A stretch of DNA of 64,000 nucleotides from the NCBI GenBank assembly GCA_013115145.1, contig JAAPAO010000099.1:1-64000 (forward strand), given 5' to 3'. The translations under genes were made by a program, and so were the position numbers. The DNA comes from Perkinsus chesapeaki ATCC PRA-425 (Eukaryota; Protista; Perkinsozoa). Below, one piece after another: positions 12,594 to 22,249 of this stretch (within the stretch, counting starts at the first letter, position 1; the number at the start of each line of letters is the position of its first letter). Under the pieces are notes generated by a model that saw nothing but the letters and a program-made list of their open reading frames with translations, was not told the DNA's origin and ran no database searches.

Positions 12594-13734
12594 ATGCCCG
12601 TCTCCGAAGGCATCCAAGAGATCGTCGAGAAACACTGTGACGATGAGATCATCCTCAAGGCTGTGTTGGAGGTCCTCGAGAGTGGGGCGGTGAGCCGCGT
12701 GGCCCTGCTCGCCGGCCTCAAAGACTCCGACATAGATTTCTTGCGTGATGCTGTCCTTGAGAAGGACGATAGCCTCAAGGTTAAGAAGGTGGCTATTGGT
12801 GCCACTTTCAGGGCTTTGGTTCGAGAGGCTTCGTTCCAGATGGACCTCGCCGAGACGGCCGGGCGGGTTAAGCATGCAGCTTCCCGCCAGGAACAGTCGG
12901 TCATTGCCCTGAAGTCTAGGTTGAAGACGTTAAAATCTCTTTTCGGTCTGGATACTATTGACAACGACGTCTTCCCTACCCTGGAGGTTTTCAACAAGCT
13001 CAAGTCCTCTCTGGGTACATTCGTAGACTTCAAAAGGGAGTTGCACAACTGCAAGTACGTGCCGTCCGAGAAGAATGTTCTGCTCAACTTATCAACTGGT
13101 GAGGGACAGCCAGCGCTAGCAGCGATTCCTCTAAAGGAATCTGGTGCCGGAGAAACGCCAGACGATAAGCTTGGAGGTTCCTCTTGGCTTAGCTGTTTCA
13201 ACAGGTACATGTTGGGTCTTCTCCTCGCTGACTGTGACGCCGGTGACAAGGGTGTTCGCGACAACGGCGACGGTCACTTGCCGTTGCCTAACATTGATCC
13301 CCTAACCCTCTTGACCTATCAGGCCAAGATTTCTCAGATCGCTTCCGATTCTGGTTGGAGTGTAGCTACTCTGGTCGACGATAGATTCAGGCGGGTGGTC
13401 GAGACCAAGTTCATGAATGGTTCACGGTGAAAACAGGAACGGAGAGGTGAACCGTTCACCTCTCCGTTCCTGTTTTCAAGACTTCGCGGTTCTGGCTGGT
13501 TTGAGAGTGGAGTTGTCTATGAGGTCTTCCGGCTCTGGCGGTTCGAAGCGTTCGAGCGTCTCCTCGCATGAAAATAACCCAAATAAGAAGAAGAAGAAGT
13601 CGAAAGGCCCCTGTTACGACTTCCTTGCTAACGGAGTGTGCAAGCGGTCCAATTGCCCGTATGCACACAGAAAGGCATCTGGGAAAGCTGAGAAGGGCGA
13701 GAATGATGCTCCCAAGAAGGGTTCTGCAAAGTAA
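12594..13734 (+). pseudogene. gag: gag-like ORF1 with a C-terminal CCCH zinc finger, frameshifted by a 34-nt insertion
   Basis: Removing 13426-13459 joins ...KFMNGS-PLRSCFQDFAVLAG... into one ORF of about 368 aa ending CYDFLANGVCKRSNCPYAH. Confidence 0.8.
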
Positions 13735-14182
13735 TGCATGTTCCTTGCATTTCTCTTTTTTTTTCTTGCGTCGTCTTCTCGGATTTCTTCGACCATTGCG
13801 CTCGCAGAACGGGTAATCCTGAGTGACTCTACGCTGCTCTGTTCTCGTTGTGAGGTCTACCTTGTTGCGTTGTTACCCACTAGTTTGGATTCGCAACGTC
13901 CTTACCGGTGGAGGGCTCTGTCCGTATAGGCGCGGCGGAGTAAACAGTAGGCGTTCGGGATCGGCTAGTAAAACAGGCTAGCGAGGCCCTTCGCGACTGT
14001 TTGGAGCGGTTCAGGAACACCCTCCAAGTCAGCGATTCCGTTGGGGTCGTCGGGTTTATCGAGGTTCGAAATCCTCCTTAAACAGCGAATAAAGCATTCC
14101 TCGTCTGTCCTGCTATTATGCACGAGGACGACGGATAGGCCGTAGTAACCGGTAACTCATTTAACTGGTGAATCACCAGTGG

Positions 14183-14204
14183 TTACCATGATGGTAATAC
14201 CATC
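14183..14204. other. Excision footprint, perfect (W=TTACCATC)
   Basis: ttaccat gatggtaa taccatc. Confidence 0.85.
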
Positions 14205-14489
14205 AGCTCTCAGTTGGCTCACTCCTTTGTGAGTCGCATTGTGAGCATGACGATTCCTGGTAGGCCTCGGTACTGCTTGGAGAGGTCCGGAAACCTCATC
14301 CATGGTAGCGCCAGGTTGTCCGTTGTCGCCCGTCCTGCTATTGTGCATGACAGGGCCGACGGAATAGTCATATTGGCTCACCATTAAGCTCTCCAAGAGC
14401 TGCTTTTGAGTTTATGAGCAACCGATCCAAATGTCTGTTTGTGATTTCGGGCCAGGTCTTTACCTCGTAAAGATGGGTGGGGGCCCCAA

Positions 14490-14511
14490 TCTGAGAGTCT
14501 CAGACTGAGAC
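14490..14511. other. Excision footprint, perfect (W=TCTGAGAC)
   Basis: tctgaga gtctcaga ctgagac. Confidence 0.85.
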
Positions 14512-14671
14512 CAATGGGTCCCACGAGAGGACTATCTAGTTGAGTCAGAGCCAGTGGTATTGCCAGTTAGGGCAATCACACACTAAAGGCCGAGCTGTCT
14601 CAAAGACGGTGTCTCTCAGAGAGATTCTCCCTTAGCTCCATTAGGACCTCGCCTGTGCTCCTTGGGCCTCG

Positions 14672-14693
14672 CCAGGGCGGCCCTGGCAGGGCC
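14672..14693. other. Excision footprint, perfect (W=CCAGGGCC)
   Basis: ccagggc ggccctgg cagggcc. Confidence 0.85.
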
Positions 14694-14814
14694 TTTTTCC
14701 AGTCATAGACCGGGACAGGGGCTGCTTGGTGATGCTCAGTCTCAGAGCGGCCCAGATTGGGCCTGATTCCTAAGGAGTTGGGTGGTCCGTGTTCCATTGA
14801 GGGGTTATCGTTCT

Positions 14815-14836
14815 GTCGTCATTGACGAATCGTCAT
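14815..14836. other. Excision footprint-like motif (6-bp core exact, both central bases deviate)
   Basis: tcgtca t tgacga a tcgtca. Confidence 0.65.
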
Positions 14837-15041
14837 TTTGATGGCGTCGAAGGACGTGAAGTCGACCTCTGCCTGCCTGGGTCTCAGGCTGTGGGGCCGG
14901 TAGTCACGGGCTGGTTAGTAACAGGCAGTTTACATCTGGGCGATGTTGGCAACATTATGCTGCCCAGTTCTCGCAAGAGGGGGATGTGTAGAGTTACAGC
15001 CTCTGGGCCAGAGGCTGTGGCTTTGTGTAGTCGCCTGCTGA

Positions 15042-17325
15042 ACGAGTCCCGCTCCCATACCTCCCCATCGTTCTCTGTTTTTTTTTCTCCTTTTTTCGCA
15101 GCTCAGCCGCTCCTTTCTTAGGCCCATTGGTCCACCCCTAGTCACGTCGGGGGAGGTTCACAAGCATCTGCAAAACATCGCCGACCTCGTTAGCGACAAC
15201 GCTAGAGAAGAGGAGAGGCTTTTGCTAGAGTCCTTGGTGGACGGCACAGGCGAACGTGGCGTACTTTCGCGAGATGACTTTGCAAAACCTACTGACTCCA
15301 TGACACATCTTGTAAATATCTTCCTGGAGGAGGTGGAAATCTTATCCTCACCGCGTGTGGTCGAGAAGATCATGTCGTGGGCCGCTCTGGATCGTGAAAG
15401 CCAATCTGAGAGTACCGTCTGGAATGAGCTTGAGAGTTCTATCCAAGTCTGCGCAGAGCGAATAAGGAACTCGTGGGGTGCGGTCTTGGGGGTTCCCACT
15501 CGGTCCGCCTTGGCGGGTGGTCCTATTCGCGCTCCGCTTGTAGAGGCAGTACTCCGAAAGATGCAGAAGGAGTCTCCCCAACGAAAAATTGACTCGGATA
15601 TATTCCCGGAATATATCCGAGTCAATTTTTAATATTATATTATTCCGTCTGATTGATGTCGGAGTGCCTCTGGGGACATCATCCGAGGTGGCCGTCAGTG
15701 GCGCTTGGCCTACTTACCACCCCAAGCACAAGCACGACTATCAGCTCTCGCGCGATCTCTGGCGAAACTATGAATCCGCGGAGCATTATAGCGAGGAGGT
15801 TACTAAAACTATCGAGGCCGAGATCACGGCTGACCGGATGGCGGTCATTGACCGAGGTGACCTTGGCCAAGTTCGAGCCGTGACTCGACTAGCGTGCATC
15901 CCGCATTTCAAAGAGGATGGTACTATTCGGAAAGTCCGGTTAATCGATGATATGAGGCGAAGCGGTGCGAACTGTCTTAGAGAGCCTAACCTGCAGGAAA
16001 CTATCCTGCTTCCATCTATACGTTCGGCGGTGGCCGCTGTGCTGCAGGACGAAGGTTCGCCAGGTCCTAGTTCTCCAGGCCGCGTTTTCTGGCTCGAATC
16101 AGATATCCGGAGTGCCTTCCGCCTAGTGCCATTGGCCGAGCCCGACACTTGGTTTTGCGTGAACAAAGTTCATGAGGGTTTTGTGAGGCATTTGATGTTG
16201 CCCTTCGGGGCTACCAGTAGTCCTCTAATCTTCGTGAGGGCATCTTCAGGTGTCGCTCTCATCGAATGTCGAGTCCGGCGACAGGCGGAGTTGCATCCCC
16301 GCGTGATCATATACGTAGATGATAGAGGTTCTAAGGCTCGTGCCAAGCAGCTAGCGAAGGCTACACTAATATCAATATTAGTCGACGCAGTCTGCGGCGT
16401 TCCGACCGCCACGGAAAAGTTACATGCCTCTACCACTCCACACTGCCTGGGGTTCGTCATGGATCTTGACAGGGGGGTTCTCACCATCCCGCACGAGAAA
16501 TGTACCACAATTGGAGACGCACTACTCCCTCTGACTACCGTAGGCTCTCTTGCAGTTGTGAAAGATCTCGAGCGATTGACGGGCCGGCTCAGTTGGGTGG
16601 CCGGAGCTTTCAAGAGAATCAACCCTTTCTTGTCCTCCTTCTACAGTACTCTGAAGGTTGCCGAGTCCAAGGGTTTAAGGTCTATAACAGTTGGCCGCAA
16701 TCTAGCCTACGCGGCCCGTTTCCTCCGTCATTTTATTTCGGCGGACTGCTCTATTCCCTTCAACAGCCTCCTACCGGAGTTGGGAACGCTTGCGCGAGCT
16801 GTTGTCGTATTCGATGCATCTGGTGGCTTCCTCGGGGGTGTTGTATTTGAGCGCAATCCTCCAGGCTGTGGTCATTCGTTCTACTGGTACCACCTCGATT
16901 TGAACGACGAACGAGTCGTTAGCAGCGTAAAACAGATTCTTGGCTATGGCGACGAGGTCTTGGAAGGGATTTGCTTCCACGAGCTCCTTTCGGCAGCTCT
17001 CGGCATACTGCTCACTGACCCATCCCAGCCCGTTGTTGTCGTTTCCGATAATGTGGCCTGTGTGAGAGCACTACAGAAGATGCGGAGTAAGTCTGCGGCT
17101 CTCAATTGTATTTTGGAGCGACTTATGCTCGTTCGTCCTGGCTTGGCAGCCCCATCTCTATATGCGCAGCACCTTGCCGGGGAGCTCAATATCCTGGCAG
17201 ACCAGATATCGCGTAGTGATATACAAACTAACCGGAGTATTTTCTACAGAGTTGACGGTGCTGTAGAGCGAGACGCTTTGCTCGAGTTGGCGAAGCTTAC
17301 ATGCGCAAGGACCGGCGGTTTCTGA
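15042..17325 (+). pseudogene. DIRS-type reverse transcriptase plus RNase H, frameshifted by a 40-nt insertion
   Basis: Motifs KVRLIDDMRRSGAN, ESDIRSAFRLVPL, LPFGATSSPLIF, YVDD, and RNase H FDASG...ELL...SDN...HLAGELNILADQISR. Removing 15607-15646 restores DSDIFRLIDVGVPLG. Confidence 0.92.
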
Positions 17326-17458
17326 GTAGGTTGTTTCTCTGTGATGCCTCAGTCTCACAGCTGTTTCAGTCAGAAGGGTCCTGAGTTCAGTCCGCTATTA
17401 TTGAGCGTTCAATCAAGCGATACCGTTCCCTTTTCCCTGATTTGATAGACAGATTGGG

Positions 17459-18592
17459 ATGGTCCCAGCATTCACCCCTCTGAAGGCTTGCCAGCGCGAA
17501 CTATCAAACCGGAAGTCATTCGGCCGGCCCTCACTGACTCGTGCGGATAGGCCTCCAATCGTTCGTGGGACCATCAGTCCCAAACGACGAGGCTCAGCCA
17601 AGAAGGCCTCATATGTCTCGAAACGTCTGTCGCGTGAGGACGTGAATGCGTTTGTGACTGAAGCCAGGGCCCCCAGTACGAGGAGGTCATATGAAGCAAT
17701 AAGGAAGGCTTACGTGAGAGTTATGGAGAGCGCACAAATTGTCCCATATCCGCTGGTGCCGGCTAAAGCTATTCACTTCATAGTATCGCTAGTTAAGGGC
17801 GATTATACGTATGAAAGTGTCAGAAACTATGCACAGCGCATCAAATCTTTAGCGAAAGAGGAACGTGGCGATGTTTTTGATGTCTAGGGAGAAGAGCGGT
17901 TCAAGCTGGCTCTGCGTGCTGCGTCCAAACTGTGCCGCCAGGCCAGTTCAATTGAACAGAAACGCGCCGGGACTTTCACAGCAGACGAAGTCATTGCTAT
18001 TGCGCATATCCAGGACCCCTTACACGAAGGAACCGTATGTGCGATCCTATGCGGAGTCAGCTGTCTGTTGAGAGTCAATGAACTGCTGGCGCTATCTAAG
18101 GGCGATATTCACTTCAGCTCTGACGGCCTGTCGGCCCAGATCATCGTAAGGAGGAGCAAAACAGACCCCAGCGGGCGGGGTTGTCAGCTCACGGTGGGCT
18201 GCCTGTGCGGACAAGGCCCTGCACGTGACGAATGCGCGGTGCACAGGCTGAGGTGGTGGGTATGCGTGACATGCGAGGCGGAAGACAGCCTCCTGTTCCC
18301 GTACACGAGAGACCGCTTTATTAAGGACATGTCCGATCTAGCATCCAGAGCAATTGGTTTTCGTGGTTGTGTCGGACGGTCGTTCAAAGGGCACTCTCTT
18401 AGGCGGTCGGCAGCCCAGATCCTCTTTCATCATGGAGTTAACATCGAACACATAGTTGAAGCCGGGAGGTGGGCCTCGTCGCGCTCCCTGTCGATGGCAT
18501 ACTTGAGAGAAGGAGCATATAAACCTATCCGTCAAGCTGAATTGACGAGGATAATGCTGGACACCTCTCGCTTCCAAGCAGTGAGGACGTAA
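17459..18592 (+). pseudogene. Tyrosine recombinase with one in-frame TAG (17885-17887)
   Basis: The reading frame is continuous across the TAG; catalytic motifs LLRVNE, RSKTD, HSLRR, GRW and SMAY are present. Confidence 0.92.
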
Positions 18593-18616
18593 AAGTAAGA
18601 ATAGTGGAAAGAGGTT

Positions 18617-18801
18617 GGGAGGAGCTAGGTGTCTGATACCTTTAGCTGACGGCCTTGCAGTCGGCACGTCACAGTGATAGAGTCTTGTGGCTGACTCATC
18701 CGTTCAGGTATCGACGCCAAGCTCGCGACTTTGCCTCCAGCAACTGCTCTACATTGCTGCAAGGCAATGTCGCCCTCTTCCCACTCTCCCGAAGAGATAG
18801 C
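18617..18801 (+). repeat. Split direct repeat B1
   Basis: 185 bp, 2 substitutions relative to B2. Confidence 0.95.
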
Positions 18802-19077
18802 TATTTATGCGGAGCACAACTTGTTGTGTGTAGAGTAAATACGCGTATCGCAGGGAGAGCATGTCCGTTGCGCACCAGAGATGTGTCGCACAAGTATATA
18901 TATATATATATACTTTTTATATATATATTACGGGCCAGCGAGTGCCCATGCGACGACGGCCAAGGGTTGTGTTCAAGTAGTGGTTCAAGGCCACCAGTGT
19001 AACCACATGGGCTTCTCGCTAACCTTCCGGTTCATCCTGCTGTAGCAGTATTGTGCCAAAAAAGGCAAATTTTTTTT
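18802..19077 (+). repeat. Split direct repeat A2
   Basis: Copy of A1 immediately after B1. Confidence 0.95.
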
Positions 19078-19086
19078 GTCTCTTTC

Positions 19087-19271
19087 GGGAGGAGCTAGGT
19101 GTCTGATACCTTTAGCTGACGGCCTTGCAGTCGGCACGTCACAGTGATAGAGTCTTGTGGCTGACTCATCCGTTCAGGTATCGACGCCTAGCTCGCGACT
19201 TTGCCTCCAGCAACTGCTCTACATTGCTGCAAGGCAATGTCGCCCTCTTCCCACCCTCCCGAAGAGATAGC
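19087..19271 (+). repeat. Split direct repeat B2
   Basis: Copy of B1, followed by the terminal TATTTA. Confidence 0.95.
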
Positions 19272-19796
19272 TATTTACTCTACACACAACAAGTTGTGCT
19301 CCGCACACAAACGAGGGTGCACGGTGTCAATACACACATTTTGGTTAGTGATCGTGTTGGCGAATTACCGTCCTCTTGGTCAAGTAAACCACTGGACTAG
19401 TGAGCCAAAACTTGGTCATGTTTGAACAATTCTCCGTTTATAGACTATAGATCTCTCACTCACGGTGTCATGACGTATATAAAGCTAGTAGCTCCGGCTA
19501 TATGTGACCAGCCTGTGGGTGGCGTTTAGTGCTACGAAACAGTGGCAGTACTGCTGCAGGTTTGAACAGTGCAATACTTTCAGGTTCCTCGACATTATTG
19601 CAGGGTTTAACTCCCATAAAGTTTGAAGGGATTTATACGCCGCTTGGTAAGCTTTTGAGTTTCACGTTTTTGACGTGTCTGTTTGAGTTTCACTGATTCG
19701 CTCCCCTAACAACGTGCCCCAATGGAGTGCGTGTGCACTTAGTTTGACTATTATTTACTTTCAAACACCAGTCATACTCCCTCAGAAACCTTTCTT

Positions 19797-21984
19797 TTAA
19801 AGTTTAAAATTTTCAAGCCATGCGCGTTCGATGCCAGCGCAATGTCCCATGCCTACCACCCCCACCATTTTACGGTAATTAGATCGACATAGGTAACCTG
19901 ACCAGTTTAAGAATCGCATCAGGAAGAGTCGCCCTTATCTCACCGGCCATTGTCCGATCTCGGTCTTCAATCATAACCTCGTAGACATGCGGCGCGCACT
20001 TCTGCATGATTGAGTTTATCTGGCCAGCTTTCTCACGACTCTTCAATTGCTCAGCTATACTGAGTATACCTGTCAGTCCCAACTGATTGTGAATATTCGC
20101 TAAGATGTACCTCCAGTATGATCAACGTCGAGGTCTTGTAGTTCTCTACATGCCAGCATCTGCTGCCAGTCTTGCTGAAGAGCTTTTGTGAGGCCCTCCA
20201 TGGTCAAAGTGATATCAACGTCCCCGGTGATAACCTAGAAAAATAAAAGCATTTCTTACATAAAAATAACCTGCAAAAACTCAGCACAAAGAGATAACCT
20301 TTTCGGTTACGAAGCCTGAGCTCGGTCGTTCACAAGAATCAACAGGGAGGAACGCAGAGAGGAAAGAGCCTTCCATTTTTCAGGAGCTTGTCCCCGACTA
20401 ATATGCAACTTGTGAAACGCTAAAACTTGTCCATTCGACCTGCAACCGTCCCACTGGGACCGTCTCAGGGTACATATAAGAAGCGAGGTTAACTGCTAAC
20501 CCACCTATCGCCATTAATTAGACAGTCCCTCATTCGAAGGAAATGTCACCCTACCCACCCTGGCTCCAATCTCCTCCGCGGTCTGGACCGCGGTCTTGAA
20601 CTCCGCTCCCGGCTCTATCCCCATCGACTTGAAGTTACCTTGAGAAATAAAGTATTTGAGAAGGGAGGATCGAGTTCCAAGTGAACTCAGTGCTGATTGT
20701 CTTTGAGTGATATGCAGTATTGGAATGTATGCATGCATTCAACTATGTTGGCAAGACAGGAAGAATTCGGGAATTTTCCACAAAAATGGCCCCTAACATC
20801 GCGTAGCAGTAAAGTGTAAGTTCTATACTTAATCGAAGGCCGTTATAGTCATCATCATGCTCAAGCTGATCTAACATGTGTATTATTATAATCGAGGTTT
20901 TGAGAACCCGCATGATACTATTATAAGATATATAATCCTTGGTTTTATTGTACCATAGAAGCCTCGAAGCCCTTGCTCCAACATAGCCTGCAGAGGGAGG
21001 CCTCCACCGGAGCCAACTCCACGCAGGAGGACTTTAAGCATTTCCGCGAGGCCACCAGGAGTGTCACCGAAACCACCGGCACGCATCTGAAAGAAGTATA
21101 GGGGCTTAATGTTGAAAAGCTCAAGTGGAGGACGAGGATCAAACGCATTATAATATTCGATAATGCTAATATTCATCGACTAAATTAGACTCTCAAGCGT
21201 CGCCGGATTCGGATACCTTCTGCAGTCTCTTTGGGCATAACTCCACCATTACACCTTCAGGGCGCTCAGTCAGTATCATATCTCGAACTTGCTCTGCACT
21301 GGATGACGACACATGAGCTGTTCCTAAATAACACAGCTACAGAGAATCACCCGAAACTGTCTGTGACATCTCCCAGCAGCATAAGACGGTAATCGATTCT
21401 ATTCGTTCTGGGCTACTGCTGGCCGAGCCAACCTATCCAATCCTACATTGAGTTAAGACTACGCCGGAAGATACTGAAATACCACCCGAATTCACCGCTC
21501 GAATAATATATAACTTTTTTATGAAAAGTTTTTATATTGGTTATGTATGACAGATCTTTAAAGCAGAAAATCTCCCTTTCGTGGCGCTCAACAGTAAAAG
21601 CCATTGGCTTCAGCTCTTTGCTGAAACGCTCCTTATTTTCGTGACTCCGTTATATTCACCAAATTGCCCCCCAAGAATGAACCTTCATTGAACGCATATC
21701 ATTTTCCTACCCCAAATTCACAGAGTGCGCATTCAGCTACGTCATTGTCTCAACCGGGTTCAAAGACAATCCTACTGCATGTTCTTCGATCTCGCATGGG
21801 AGAGAGATGCAGCAGTACCCCAGACCTCACCGATGAGAACAACCTCTCTCCCAGATGCTCTTAGATAGCTGACTGTTGGGTTCCTAGTACTGTGCTCTAC
21901 CGATGCTCCTACTATAGAGGAGGAAAAGCATCTTAATGCGAAGCTTAATGCAATGCGAGGACTGTGAAGATATGTAGATATCAT
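19797..21984 (-). CDS. TRABD: TraB-domain protein, multi-exon, with a possible mitochondrial presequence
   Basis: REVVLIG/TAHVSSSSAEQVRDMILTERPEGVMVELCPKRL, GIEPGAEFKTAVQTAEEIGA, GDVDITLT, DRDRTMA and MVGVVGMGHCAGIERAW are TraB family motifs. Confidence 0.88.
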
Positions 21985-22249
21985 TCAACAAACGACTGTA
22001 TAAACTACGTAATTTTCAGTTTGAGTCTCGGCGGCTGCCCGACTTGGATTTATGGTCATTCGAGTGCGCCTTTGAGCCGTGAAAAAGTTGCCCGCCTTTG
22101 GCACGCATTCTCAGATGACACGTGCTGTAAACATATAAATATTTTTCGCGATTAAAGATAACGATTTTTTATGGCGACAGAAATGATGAACTTGATCAAT
22201 GATGAACTTTTGGCCGAAGTGCTCGCCAGTGAATTCAATATTAATGATA

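Larger units (their letters stand above)
12318..19277 (+). mobile_element. Ngaro/DIRS-class tyrosine-recombinase retrotransposon with split direct repeats, full length and inactivated
   Basis: Order A1-gag-RT/RNaseH-YR-B1-A2-B2. TATTTA occurs at both ends (12318-12323 and 19272-19277) and at the B1/A2 junction (18802-18807). Confidence 0.95.

Noticed and set aside
12545-13264. 239-aa antisense ORF opposite gag, and antisense ORFs opposite RT and YR
   Set aside because: These are shadow ORFs of GC-rich coding sequence with no motifs.
13426-15646. The 34-nt and 40-nt inserts as spliceosomal introns
   Set aside because: Neither has GT-AG ends at positions that restore the frame.
17885-17887. 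Stop-codon reassignment or readthrough in YR
   Set aside because: TAG is used as a normal stop elsewhere and the other two ORFs of this copy are also disabled.
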